In this document: piece by piece, positions 12,846 through 27,800 of the stretch
Layout of the letters: each line of letters begins with the position of its first letter
Position numbering within the stretch: the stretch's first letter is position 1
Assembly (NCBI GenBank): GCA_028534125.1
Contig: CM052818.1
Span: forward strand, 25,670,001-25,734,000
Source: Lama glama
Taxonomy: Eukaryota
Direction of reading: 5' to 3'
DNA: 64,000 bases
Position numbers and translations under genes: made by a program
The notes under the pieces: generated by a model
Databases searched by the model: none
The model's input: only the letters and a program-made list of their open reading frames with translations
Told to the model about the DNA's origin: nothing

Positions 12846-15800
12846 TCACTCACTCACTCACTCACTCTCACACACACTCACACAATGTGCCTAGAACCCC
12901 TGTAGTCCAGCCATGCATGCCTGGTTACAAATCTGTGATGAACAAGCTGGTGAGTATATTCTGCCTGTACCACCACTCGTGACAAAAGAAGTTGCCCTCT
13001 CATGACCCGATATTGAAATGCATATTTGGGATGTTGCAGTCACATAACCTGAGGTGTTTAGTCAAGAAATGCAGACAGGGAGCCTCCTGGCAGGTACCTC
13101 CTCTAGCAATGCAGCAAAGGCTTTGCATAATACGTCAGGGTACCTTCTGGACGGTTTACGATTCCTCCATATACTTGCAACATGGACAACAAACTAACAT
13201 GTGAAAGGGCCCAGAAGCTTGTGTTAATCTGAGCAAATCGTCAGCTTTCAGAAACTGCAGGAAAATGAAGTATGAGAGAAAGTGGAGATTGCCCCTAATG
13301 GCAGCTTGGAAAATGGGGCTGATTAGGCAAACTGTCCCCTTTTCTCACAGGGGACACCAGGATTCATCGCCACCAATTACTGTTACCAGCGTCCCAGGAG
13401 CATCCTGCTCACCCACTGGGCAGTCAAACTCAATAGACATTAGAATGGATTTTAGAGTCCGGCAGGCCTGGATTTAAATCCTGGCTTTCTTTGCTGTGAA
13501 AATTTGCGGTCATTGAGCTTCTCTAAATCTTGATTTACTCATCTGTAAACTGAGGGTAACAAGAGTGTCTACCTCATAGAATTACGAAAATTCAATGAGT
13601 AAGGCATGTAAAGTGCTCTGACCCAGCAAGCAGGAAGTCCTTAGTGATAACAGCTGTTATTATGCACAGTAGTGAGGACAATAACAGCTCCAAGTCTTGA
13701 TTCCACCAATTACTTAGCTGTTTAACTTTGTGCAGGTTACTTGACTTCTCTAAGCATCCATTTTCTTCAAATATTTCAAACGGTAGTTCTGTGAGCTAAT
13801 GCATGTATGTGCTTAGCTCAGTGTCTGGTTCATATTAAACATTCAGTAAATGGTGGCAATGTTGGTAATGCTGGTGGTAATAATAAGAGTTAATACTTAC
13901 AAAGCTCTTAACTAAATGCCAGGAACTGTTCTAAGCACTTTACACATATTACCTCATTTAATCTTCACAACTAATTAGGTAGATCCAGTTATTATCTCCA
14001 CTTTACATGAGGCCTGCAGAGGTAAAGATCACAGAGCTGGTGAGGATTTAAACCTAAGCAGTCAGTCCATGCCCTTAACTACTGTGTTTTCCTGATGATG
14101 ATGTGTCAAAGTCAGCCCTTTTAAACAGCTATTCAAGGTCATACCAAGGCCTCACTTCACTGAGGTCAGACGTACTTCACACTTACGCCTGGGGCTCCAT
14201 TACCTCCTCCTACTATCAGTTTCCATGTCATCCTGGGGGACCCACTGCCCAAGAGCAGGTACATTGCTAAGGCCAGATGTTACTGCATGAGGACCAAGAC
14301 CCCCTTCCCCAAATCCTCCAGGATCCACTGGGCTTGGTCTGCCAGTGGCTACCAACGACTCTCGTGTGAGAGGGACAGCCCTTCTGTCCGACCACACAGA
14401 GAGATAGTGTTCTGGGTTTGTCTGATAATATCAAAAGGGGAACACATTGGGGCAGATGAATTTTCCCACATGCTTGCTTCGCTGCTTCACAGCAGCCTGG
14501 GCAGGCTCCACTGACAAGGGTGTGATTAGGGAGCCCAGGTTCACAGGAGACCCATGGCCTCCTACTCTCCTCCAAGAGTCACAAGGCTCCCACAGTCATG
14601 GTTCACAGGGAGCCAAGAAGAGCAGCAGGGACAGGTCGGTGACATCTTGATGCTGTGAAAAGTACAGTAATTGAACAAAAATAGCCAAATTACATTGATG
14701 GCCCAGGGTCAGAGACCAGAACCAGTAAAGGAGAGAGGGGAGAAATCAGTCTAGACTTTCTGGTCAATTGACACAGCGGCAGTGCCAAGAAATGGCTTTA
14801 TGTGGGGGATTTAGCCCCTCTGATCTCCATCAGTTGTCCCGCTTCTCACAAATCACCCCAAATAAATGCACAGTCTAAGTTTCAAGGCACACCACAATCT
14901 CCCTTCTACTGGGAAAGCTGCCCCAAGCTCCTCCTACACAGAAATGTTGGCCCCACCACAACTGCTCAGTTTCCTATCGTTTGGTCTGAGCATAGAAGGC
15001 CTGTGTTTGTACTTAGTGGAGTAGGAGGCAGGGAGCCTTGAAATGCAGGCTGGGCCTTCTCGATCTCACTAACCGCAGGATGTGGTCGTTATCCTCTCTG
15101 GGATGTGTGCTCTGCAGACCCTGAGTTTTATTTGGTATCTGCATCTGGTCCTGCCTACAAGATCAATTTCACATGCTACGCATTTAGGAGCTGTTCTGTC
15201 CTGGGAAGAATTCTGGAATGGAGATGTGAAACGAAGGAGAAAGCATGCTTGCCAGGAACCAAACACAGATGCATTCAAATACAAATCATTTCTGGCCACC
15301 CCCTAGGCTTCTTGGACTGGGTCACAAGGCTGATGGCTCATGGAACTCAGGGAGATGAAGCACCTGGGCTTCAGTGAGCAGAATCTGTAGGCGGTTGCCA
15401 AAGGCCTCTGATCTGTGGCTGATCTAGACAGAGAAGGTATTCTCAAGCCAAGCAGGCAGATACACTTTGGACGACAGAAACAGAAAGACAAAAGACAGTG
15501 CAAAGTGGGGGTAAAGCACTGCTGACAAGATGAAATGTATGAATAATGGTAACAGATAAGGTCTCGCACTTGTGTCTGAAAAAACTCCCCAGAGGACACT
15601 GCCTAGGTGTAGACTGTAACTCTAACCTGAGGCACAAAAAATCCTTTAAGATTCTATTTCCTCACTTGTAAAACTGGGACACTACAGTCTCTCCCGCATG
15701 AAGTTGTCATGAGGATTAAGACAGTTAACACAGGGAATGTGCTTAGTACACTGATGGTGACGATGGTCGTGACGGGGATCGCTAACACAGACGGTTCTTC

Positions 15801-18800
15801 ATACAGAGCTCCAACACCTAGGCAGTCTGGTTCCAGAGCCTATGTTCTTAACCACCATGTCATGTTAACTCTCATAAACATTAAGTCTAATTACAATTAT
15901 TACCAACTAAGGAGGAGACATAGCTGAGCCACAGCATGTGTGAAAATGACTTTAAGGATGTGGTTGGCAGTAAGTTCCATTAAGAGTCACATAAAGACTG
16001 CAGTGAGGTGGTGACAGCTCGGTTACTGTTTGCAGCTCAGGTATCGCAGGATGAGCTGGGGATGTTCTGCCACAAGAAGAAATGACTGGGAGGCGGGGGG
16101 GGGGTGTGTGTGTGTGACATGACAGCTGTCTTCTAAGGCCAGAAGCCTGCTCTGTAGGAACCCAAGGCCCAGTACTAAGCCAAGGGTGTCAGTTCTAGCT
16201 AGACAGATTTCAGCTCAGTATCAGGAAGGCCTTTCTGATGTGCTGACCCAGGATGGGGCAGTGAGCATCCTGTACCAAGGTGGGCGAAGCCCACGGTTCT
16301 GATGTTCAAATACTCAATAGGAAGATGGTGGTTGGAGAAGGTTCTTTCCAACTGTAACATTCCAGGGCTGGATGTCCAATGGCCCCACAATAAACACAGT
16401 GAAGCAGGTTGTTCCCTTCAGGGACACACTTGTGATATCTGGTTGGTTCTTTCCTCTTTTTAAAATCAATTTTTCAGCTTATCTTACCTGGGGAGGTCAC
16501 TGACTAAGAGCAGCCTTTACAGAATGACCTATAAGGAATGGCTTTTGATAAGAGAGACCCAGAGTCAGGAGTGTGAAATGTTGGAGCGGGGAGCAGACAG
16601 GACCATGGGCACAGGCACCACCTGGGGCTTGTTAGAACTGTGGACTCAAGGGCTCCACCTCACACCAACTGAGTCAGAATCTGCATAGTAACAAGTCTCC
16701 CAAATGATCTGTGTGCACATTAAAGGTGAGAGGTACTGATGTGGAGACCATCTAAGGGAGACCTAGGCTCACATGGGCTGTGCATTCATCTCAGTAAAGG
16801 AAAAGGGTGGGAGGATGCTGGGGCAATAGGAAGAGCACCATGGTGCTGGAATCTGATCTCCATGGTTACAGCCCAGCTTTGCTTCCACCCCAGATGCTCC
16901 AATTATGTCTGTTTCTTTAGGCAGGTTCAGAACAGTCAGTCAAATCTGCACAAGGAAGCCAGCAGTAATGGGGCTCGTGGGCACAGGTACTCATCTGACA
17001 CCTAATTAAGCCATCTTGGTTAATCACCTCTACAATGCCTGTTATTATTTTAGGAAACAGCATAAAGAGAATGATAATTAGAAGTTAACACCCAGGGTGG
17101 GAATTTTGACTTCATTCCAGTGATTGCCAAGTTAAGCACCTTAGGATTTCTTTTTTAAGGTAACATTTCTATAAATTTTCATAGATCACACAACCTGAAA
17201 GCTTGTCTCTGCTGCAGTTTTTTCCCTTTCCTTTGCTGATACTTGGAGTTTGCAGATTTATTCTACTGTTGTTGTTTTTTCTTTCCACTGAGCACTTTTT
17301 GATTTTATTTTGACTTGCAGTGGGGGAGGACACTGCTTCTGGATATTACATGCCATCTGAAGCATAAATTGCTAAACACCGTTACGTGATGTTTTCAGGC
17401 GAGAAGGCAATTTTATACTTCACAGTTGGGCCTGTTGAGGCATTTTCATACAGAGAATTTTTCCATCCTAGACTCCTATCAAGATGTCTGGGAATTTGCC
17501 ACCAGTGGAAGGTTTCCCCACTGTCTGCAGCCTCCTGGCCTTCTTGCAGGGCATTCCCACTAGACCTGCTCTCCTCCTGAGTACCGCCATGTTCCCCTGG
17601 GCTTCCTGGGCCTCCTGCCATGGTGTCCATCAGGTCCCTCACATTCTTTGTTACCTGACTGGGCCCAGTGTCTATGACCTGAGCCACTTGGTAGGTAATA
17701 CCCTTACTGACCTGCCTTAGACCCTAACCTCTCCTCTTGCCCCTCCTTCCAGATGATCCAGGGATCATCCTACAATCCACCTTCTCTGCTCCTGACTCCC
17801 TCCCTACTGCTGAGAGAAACTGGAGAAAACCCCCAGAAGCATCCACTGAGGCCACCACAGATTCACAGTCTCAGTCCTCACCTGGATTCTCAGCACCTTT
17901 TGACAAGCGTTTTACCTGTCTTCAGTCAGCTCCACTCCCACTAAAAAAACTCTTCCTTGGCTCTGTGTCTCCACTCACGGAGGTGTCCTCTTCTTCCTTT
18001 CAGAGCTTTTTGAAAGCAGATTCAACACCAGTGGCTTCCTTAGCTCACTTAAGTAGCTTTTGCATGTTCAGGTTCCCTACCCCATGCTAGAGCAATGAAT
18101 GGGAATCTCTAGGATGGGCCCAGGGTTCCATATTCAAAAGCTGCCTTACCTGAGGACCACTACACTCCCTGACTCTCTCACCTCACTTCCAGTTACTCCT
18201 CCAACTGTCACAGTCTGGCCTCTATCCTCACCCTCTGTGAAATAGGTCAGCAGCAAGAGCCATTACAGCGCAGGCGCCCTTCCCAGGTCTCCCCGGCTGG
18301 ACCTCTCTGCAATACTGATGCTGTTGGTCACTCTAAGATTTCTGGACATCTTTTCTCCTCTTTCTTCCTCTAACCATCTTCCGCCACACCTTTAGTGTGA
18401 GCCCTTCTTGCACCTTAAATATGAATGATAGTTACCTCTGGTTCCCCTACGTTTAGCCCTCAGATCACTGCTCTTCTCAATCTACAGTTCCTCCCTGGGA
18501 AATGCACATAGCTTAAACTACAAAGCACATGCTGATTGATACTCCTGCTCTCACTTCTCTCCTAACATCGTACCCATCCAACCAACTGCTTGCTGGACAT
18601 CCCCACCTGGATGCCCCAACTGACCCTCAAATATCCCTGAGATCAAATCCATAGTTTTCCCAGCTGACCCATCCTTCATCTCACCCCTATGCTAGCTTCA
18701 CCTCCTTCATTCGCTCTACTTAATATCTCCATTTCTCCTGCCCAGGAGCTGCCCTGGAAACCTAAGAGTCATCCTAAAGCCTTCCTGCTTCCTCATCTAC

Positions 18801-21800
18801 TACATTCAGGTCAGGCCTCCTGATTTTTACCTCTTAAATATTATAAGACCACATTTCTTCCATCTGACCTCTCGTTTAGGTCCTCTATTCTTGCTTGGAC
18901 TACTAAAATAGATTCATCATCAGTCTCTGTCTCCAGTCAAGCCCCACCCCCAACAGTTGCTTGGTGGTATTTGTAAAATGCCAGTCTTGCTAGGTCAATC
19001 TCCTGGCTTAAAATGCTTCAAAGCCTTCCACGATTTGAAGGTAAAATCCCAGCTGCTTAGGATGGCACAGAATGCCCATGATGACTACACTCAGCTACAC
19101 GGCTGGGACCAGGGTAAAGCGAGGACCTAGGGTGCAAAATTTAAGGAGACACTCACCTTGAGGATCTGATTCTGCATTTGCATAACCCTGAACATGAGTC
19201 CTGCCTTAAATTTTGCACCCTAGGTGCTGCACCTCTTTTGCCCACCCTAGCCTCCACTGTGCCCAACTGTCTGTAGCTTTTGGCTTAACAGCCCAGCCCT
19301 ACATTCTGTGTTTTGGTGCTCTTACTCTCCTTTTTGCTAGATCCTTACAGACACTAAGAAGCTTCTTGAAGCTCACGGTGATCTCAAGAAAGCCTCTTCC
19401 TGCCCTTGCCTCTATGCTCCCTTAGTCCCATGGGCATTAGCTCCACCACTGCCCTGACTACATTAGATTCTCTACTCCCTGTTGAATCATTTTTCTATGG
19501 CCAGTGCCCCAGGCAGCATGTAGCAATCAGTAGACATTCCACAAATGTTAGCTGAATTGAATGCAAGTCTGCTCTGGGAACTTTGCTTGAGGCTTAGGCC
19601 CACAGTGCAAAGCCCACAGTTACTTCTCAGCCTCTTCAGAATAGGGTACCCTCTAAGGATTGCTGTGCATGAGATATGAACTAAAGCCAGCCCCCATCCA
19701 GACCTGGGGCGAGGGAGGGATGGTGTTGAACCATCAGCTCTCCAAGGGCAGCAGTCAGAGTTCTAGCAAGTAACTTTCCTTCTGACAAATTTACTTGATG
19801 TTAGTCTGACACTTTCATAGGAATTACATGATGCCTAGCCAAATGCTAATTTCTGAGCTTTCTTCCTGCCAAATTTCCACCATGCTGGCTCATGTTTGCC
19901 AATCTCATAGCAGTGATGTTTTCTAGCAGGGAACATGAGTAGCTTTGGGAGTTATTCTGGAGCCTCATCAAAAGCTGTTCTTGGGACCAATTTTATAGAG
20001 ATAAATTCAGTAATGCATCCCCCTGGAGGGTATAATTGCTATCAAGAGAGTTTTTTGGAGTTTCGGTATTGAACTTCCTTGAACACTGTCTAGGAGGGAC
20101 CTACCATAGAACAAATAGCTCTAGAGTAAACAACAGTCTATAAGATCCAATATCACCAGTTTTACTTTTTTAGTATTATTCAAGCACTTACTTAACTGTA
20201 GCCTGGTTTCTCTGAGAGCAGGACCTGTGCTATGAACATGGCTGTGTGTTCTCCAGGCAGCCTGGGCATATCTATTTTGCTCAGCATTGCTTCCCAGGGC
20301 TGCAGTGTACCTGGCACATAGTAGGTACTTGATATCAGCTAGTGATGGAAAATGGGAAAAGAAACTTGAGGGACAGACTCGGACCTGGAGGGCTTGTCTC
20401 CAGAACTGCACAGCTGAGGGTAACAGCCAGAACACCATGCTCTGGGCTTCCACTTACAGTGAGGCCCCAGCATGCCTGCTTGCTCCCATACTCCATGGAC
20501 TGATGGTCATGGAATCCTGACTATACAAGGGCTAGTGAGTATTGGAAGACATTTCCATTCATCTGATTAAGCAAAAACAAAAGCTGGCCGTCCAACCTAG
20601 AGTCTTGGCTGCTGTAGCTCCTCTAAGTAGGACCTTGGGGAAGTTACTCTTCTTGGTGTGTCATCTTTCTCCTCTAGCTAGCCTTCTAGTTCCCTTTGGG
20701 GAATTTAATGGTGATGAATTAGTCAAAAAAAAGAAGAAAAGAAAAAATTTTAAACCACCCTAAAGATTACAAAGAGGAAAATATACCATTGCTAGTCTCA
20801 AAAATGATGACTATCTTTATGAATAATATATAACAGGGAAACCATAAACTATCATTACCTTGAGAGAGAAAAAAAAAGACCAGAAGACCCCTCTGTGGAC
20901 CAAGGTGATGTGACCAACTCGCACAGTGTGAAATGCTCATGAATCCCTTGGAGATCTTTTATCATCTTTCCAGACATACAAGTATGGACCCTGGTTAAGA
21001 ATATCTGGGGTAGAGGTTCTGTGTGGTCTTTGAATCACAGTTAGAAACTGACAGGACCTCGGAGTTCAGTTAATACAACTGTCATCTAACAAGATTTTAC
21101 AGCTTAGGTTAGAAGGCCCAGAGGGTTTTCATGGCTGACCTGAGGGCATGACTGATGAGCAGGAGAAGTGAGACCTGCATCCAGGTTTGCTGAATTCCAG
21201 TTATCACACAGTATTGCTTTAATACACCACGTTTAGAACAAATGTAAGGAGAGAAGAATGGAGAGAGACTGACAAGAGGTAGGGGAAAAGAAGGAGTAGC
21301 TGTTCATAGCACGTGCAGATTGGCTACTACTCGGTTTCATTTTTCTGTTTAGCATAGATTGGTTTTCTAGCTTCAAGCCAAAGAGAGCAATCCTGAAGTT
21401 CCCCTTTGGCTCCCTACTTTGGATCTGTAATGGAGAGGAAGATAAGGGACACAGATGCTCTAAACAGCTTGTTATTATGAAAACCCCAGAGCAACAAAGA
21501 ATCCATTGTTTCCAGAAAGTGGGGGAAAGATTTCTAAGGAGAAAGTATGAGCCTTGAAGACAGTAGGGCTTATGCAGCAAGGAAGGGGTACTGGGTGGTC
21601 CCTGTGGGTGGGAGGAGGGTACTGAAATAGGGTGGGGTAATGAGTAAGGCATGCTGTGGGGGTGGGTCTGGGAGGCAGCTGGTGTCTAGCCAGGGAGCCA
21701 TCTAAAAGTTTTTTTTTTTAATTTAAACTGGAGAGTATCAAAATAAAATTTGCATTTTAGAAAGATGACTTTAGTAACCAGATGGGAGGATAGATCTAAA

Positions 21801-24800
21801 GAGATTTTCTTTCCCCAGCTAGAGAGCCGTTGTCCAGATTCATTTGTTCATTTACTGATCCCAGTTTAGGAAGCTCATAATATAAGCCAGGCACTGATCT
21901 AAACAAGAAAAGATAGCCTACTCTAGGACAGTGACAATGGAGATGGAGCCATATACACAATAATATCTACCGAGGAGACAGATTGGAGAAATACTTAGGA
22001 GCTAAAAGTCAGCAAGACTTGATGACTAACAATACAGGAGTGGGGAGTGGGGAGATTAAAAAGGAAAAAGGAAGCACATTGATGGATGGTTGAAACTAAT
22101 ATTATGTCTAGAGGATTTTCAGGGAATACCCTGTATGATACCATAATGATGGATACATGTCATACATTTGTCCAAACCCACAGAATATACCATACCAAGA
22201 GTGAACCCTAATGTACATTATGAACTTTGGGTGATAATGGCAATGTCAATGCAGATTCATCAATTGTAACAAACGCACCACTGTAGTGGGGGATGTTGAT
22301 AAGGGGTAGGCTGTGCATGTGTGGGACTGGGGGGTATATGGTGAATCTCTGTACCTTCTGCTCCATTTTGTGGTGAACCTAAAACTTCTCTAAAATAAAT
22401 TAAGTTTTAGTGAAAAAAAAAAAATCAGCAGGACCTGGTGATATTCGGTGGGGTGAGGAGGTGGGACGAAAAGGAAAGAGGAAGCATACTGATGGAGGGC
22501 TGAAACTAATATTATGTCCACTATTTTAGAATTATATAAAGTCTAAAGGAGTTTTCTGTAAGAAGCTCCACAAAGATTAAAACATGTAGATCAAAATAGT
22601 CTTCATTTGCACTGTCTTTGAACCAGGAGACTACTTTGGAATTTGTTATTTCTCCAGGTCACAGACTTAGACCTGCCCTAGGGAAGTAATTATAAAATCA
22701 ACTGAATTGTAGGTTGAACTCAGAGAGGTTGAAATAAAACACAAATGTCTTGCTGAGCTTCTCTCCACAGCCTCGTGGTAAGCCTTCCCTACCAGAATTC
22801 TAATTTTGTCAAAATGGGGTTGCTTTCATGTAATTTTAGAAGGAACTTTCAAAAACAGAGAGCAGCAAGAACAGCAAGTGAACACAGATGGGCTGGGGGA
22901 CAGAGTGGATTGGGTAAATTTTTATGAAAATAAAAGGTATTTCTTCTTAAGGAAGAGAGTAAGATGGGATTTCACTAATGTTACTTTGAGACCTAATCAA
23001 AGCATTCATGTTTGCTTTCATAATTCCTTATCTACTACTACAACTAAAGAACAGCAAAATTAAAAGGAAAAAAAAAAGCTATGTGCTGTGAATGCCTAAA
23101 GACACATGCTTAATTCTGCACTCTGTTGTATGCATCATGAAGTCTGGCTGGGCAGGTGGCCCAGATCACCTCAAGTCTCACAGTTCTGTAAGGCAAAAGG
23201 ATGAAATGTAGTATTTACCACCTTGGGGATGAATTAATCCTTAGAGAAACAGAAGGATTGAATTTTCTCACTTGCTCACATTCAGCTGGCTTAACACCTG
23301 AGCAGGGTACCAGGGACCAGTTTCCCCTTGTTTCCACAGGGCAGGATACTAGACTCAGGTCTCGAAGCTAAATGTCCGACATGTAAGCACAGAGGGCTGG
23401 CACTGGAGTGTTCTCTCTCTGTGGACACCCACTATATACCTGTGCTTCCTGGTAAACGGCTTCCAGGAGTTCTACCTCTGGGAAGCTACAGGACAGCCCT
23501 GACAACAGCATAAAAACATACTCAAGGTGACCTGAAGACGCCCCATCCTACGTAGTAGCAGTGCTATATGGGCTGCAGAAAACAAATTTTTAAAGTAGAA
23601 AAAAACAATTGCTCAGAAGAAGCAAAGCTACACTAACTGCTGACATGCACACCCAGCCTTGACACTTAGCTGCTACTTTGCTCCTGGTCTACAGGTGAAA
23701 TGAGCTCTCAGCCTTGCAGTGATCTTCTATTGGTGCAGGAGAGAGGCACCCGGGAGCACGGACCAGGTTCTGAAAACACCACTGCCGACTCCAAAGTGCC
23801 TGGAATTTCATCCAGAGCAATAGCTTCAGAAGCTAAGTGATGGATTCTGTTCTTTTACTCAGAATATTTGTTTTTCTTTCTTTTTTCTTTTTTTTTTTTT
23901 CCCCAGAAGAAAAGCAAAGATGCTAGAGTCTTCCAGCCTAACAACACACAAGGGATATTGCTTGCTTGCATTAGGAAGCTTCGAGGACTGACAAGATGGC
24001 AGAAATTTCCAAGGGGGAAAATGAGAGTGACTTTAGATTATTGGTATGGGCGCCTCTGAAGGCTCTTGATACCCTCACCCTTGCTGAGGCACTTCCACTG
24101 GGCTTTTGGAAAAGGATAGCCTTTTACCAGAGCAGAGAAAGGGGAAGAATGTAGAAGCCACATAGCAGAGGCTGTTGTGTTCCATGCTTTATTGACAGAA
24201 AGGGCTGAAGACATGTTATATGCCCCCCAAAAATTGCCAACAAGAAGAAAGGCGAGGGGGAGGATATAGCTCAAGTGTAGAGTGCATGCTTAGCATGCAG
24301 GAGGTCCTGGATTCAGTCTCTAGTACCTCCTCTAAAAGTAAATGAATAAACCTAATTATCTCCCCACCTCAAAAAAGGGGAGGGGGGAGGAGGAGGAGGA
24401 ACGAAACAGGTGCGCAAGGCTGCTGGAGGGCCGTGGGCCCTGCCTGGGGTAGAGGTCTAAATGGGGCTATAAATTAGGAGGAGGAGATCTCATCACATTG
24501 TGCTTGCTTTGGCTCCTGGAAACTCTACATCAGGGTATCCCTTTCCTCTCTATGCAATAACGCCTAATCAGTAAGCCTGCGATAAACAAGATGGAGGACA
24601 GGACTTCACCTCTCCCCCAGACACACGCTGGGGGAAGGTCCCTTTTTATCAGCTACCTTGGCTACAGTATTACAGGTGCTACTTTCTCACACAATGGGTT
24701 TTCCCATCACCTGAAAAATTATTTACCGGGTATCTGTAACCAAGGTAAAAAAAAACACCCCCAAAGTTAAGATCTACGTCAGCATTTCCCTTAAGAAGAG

Positions 24801-27800
24801 CTCAGGTTACAGCTTTCAGGAAGGGCAAACAAGGAGTTGAAAAACAAGTGTAAGTATAACAGCAACAAAATGTGGAGGTGTGGCCTTTCTGTTTTCCTCT
24901 TTTTTAATGTAATTTGAACAAATTTGTTTTTCTGTTTTCTTTGCAGAAAAGCAGAAATGTAATTGAGGAGAAGACAGGAAGGAAAACAGGGTAAGAAATT
25001 GTGAGGCCACCTATATAAAAGGTGGCAAAAAAAAAAAACCCCCAAAAAAACGGGAACTGACAATTGTCCAAAGCTTTACTTATTTATTTTCTGGCTTACT
25101 TCCTGCTTCTTGGCTATATGGTGATCTTGGATATCGATATAGTCCAGAGTTTCATTTACTTTTCCTTTTTTCCCTCTCTCCTTTCTTCCTTTCCCCCTCC
25201 ACTCCAGAACCTTTATGACATCTAACCACACTGTAAGGTCTGCAGAGTACAGGTCTAGTTAAGAGACTGAATTTCAGTACCAGACTACCTAGGTTTGAAT
25301 CCCAGCTTTCCACTGCTCCTTAACTGAGTGGTCCTTAGTAAGTTACTTAAACTCCTTGTGCTACAGTTTCCACATTCATTAAATAAGAAAAGGAACAGAA
25401 CCCTTATAGGGTTGTGGTGTGGATTCTTTATTTATAAAGTCATCTCTGAAATACCAGCTATATTATCATAAACCATCACCTTATCTCACAGAGAAAAAGT
25501 TTCTTCCTTTTTCTCAATTCAGCACAACCACAATCTCTAGATACTGCGTATCAATTCCCAGAACTCTTGACAGAGTGTGGCTAGACTAACAGATTTCTGG
25601 CAGCACATCTCAGGCAAGTGTCCTTGGGGTTCAGTCTAGTACAGTTCTGGCTGAATATTTGGTACACCGTGAGTCTGCCTGTGTGGCTTGGCCTTGAACT
25701 CCAAGTCCCATCAGTGACTATAGTCACAGCCGAGCTTGGTGCAGATTTGACATGGCCCCTGCCAATCTCTACAGGCCTGTCCATTTTTCTGCCACCGAAA
25801 GCATGCCCCGAATGCTTCAGAAGCCCAGCACTTCCCTGGGGGACAGTCCTGCCCATTCTTGTTCATCTCTGTCCAAAACAGCTTTCTCCTCCTCACTGCC
25901 TGGCAAAATTCTACTTGCCCTTCTAGGTTTTATTTAATGCCCATCTCCTCTATCGAGGAGCCCCCAGATAATTTCAGTTTAAGGGTCATTGGTCAATCAG
26001 ATATAACATGTGTGGGACTGGCTAATGAATGGACATGTAAAAGAGAATTATGACTTTTTCTTTAACTTTGAAGTTGTTGCAACTTATTTACTCTTGTGAT
26101 AGAGTTCTAATGAATTTGAAGTGTGGTGGAAATAGCAGTAAAATGTTATACTAAGATACTTGTAGAATCACAGAATATAACAGCTACAAGTGACCTTACA
26201 GACCAATGACTGGTTCTCAATCATGAGTCCGTGATAAAATTTTCACTGGTCCACAGAAAACTGAGATGTATTTGAATAAGCAGCTGTCACACTTCTTTAA
26301 AAAGATGAATTCAATTTAAACGGTTGTTTTTATTCCGAGATTAAATTTTCCCCACTTTTGTGGTATTAAAATATTCTTTCTTTTATGAAAAATGGTGACT
26401 ATGAATGGTAGTTTGGGTTTTTAAAGAAAATGTAGTCTGTTTATCTCTGTTCTTCATTATTATCCCAATTGGTTAAAAATTTTAATTGAAATATAATGTA
26501 TATACATTCCCAATTTGTTTTAATAGCCCTGTATTTGTAATAGCTTTCTAACTTGGCAAAATGAAAGGTTGGGCAACCCCAGATAAGTTTCCCAAACTGT
26601 TTTTTAAATAAAATATATGGGGCTGATTTATGAAAATTTATGAATTCTAATTGAGCTCAACTTCCTTCTTATTGGCAGAAAAGAAAATGAGAGTCTATTA
26701 GAGATTAAATGTTAAAGGATTATACATACACTGAAGGTTAGTTAACAGCAAAAGGAAGACTAGAACCAGGGTTCTTGTTTCCCTGAGAGTCTAGACTTCT
26801 TACAGCCCACTCAGCTTCTCAGGTGTTCAGTATTAGTACAGCGTATGGAATTTGATCCTAAAGCCACTTACCAGTGCAGAACTGAGATGAACGTGGGTTT
26901 TATACAGTCCACTAGACTGTTAAGCTCTACTGTGCTTTGCCACAATTATCGCTTACAATTATGACAAATAATCTTTACCCGACATAAATTATGCGATTAT
27001 GTGATTTTTGTCTGATCAAAACTCAACAGGGCAGCATAAGAGTTTATAAATATACCCAAATAAATAGGCCCTTATTTCATCACTTCCACTTATAGGCTAC
27101 TTAGTTGCTTTTCCTCCTTATCAGTTACAAAACAGTAGCCACCACTATTTTTCCCTTGCAGTTCACAACATATAGTCCTAATGCAATAATTCTGCACCTA
27201 GGACAAGACGGGCCAGCTGACTCTCACCAGTCTGTTGAGCCTCATCAATATCATAATCACAGGATAACACATGTTACCAAGGCAGATAAAAGCCTGGGAG
27301 CCAAGAGAACATTCAACACTGTGAAGTTAAAATGTTTTAATCCATTTATCTTGATTTCTCATTATTATTCTAATTAGTTTCACAGTTGCCTTGTTTATGG
27401 GAGTTTCTAATTCCGGCCATTAACTGAAGTTGCTGTTCAGTATGCAGGCTCACATTCTTTTTCCCCTTAAAAATTCTGAACTAGCAGCCATATACACAAC
27501 CCCATTGTTTTAAAGATGCCAAAATAAAAGAAGCCCTTACCTAAAATAAGGCAGATGCCCAATAAACTTAAGTAATATCTTACTTGGAGCTCTGAGCCTT
27601 TTTTATTCCATTGTGAAAATTAGAAATAATTTTAGACTTACAGAAATGTTGCAAAAATAATATATCTCTGTGTACCCTTCACCCACTTTCCTCTAATGTT
27701 AACATCTTACATGACCATGGTACAATGATCACAACTAAGAAATTTAATACTATAATGTTATTAACTAAACTACACACTTCATTAGGGTTTCACCAGCATT

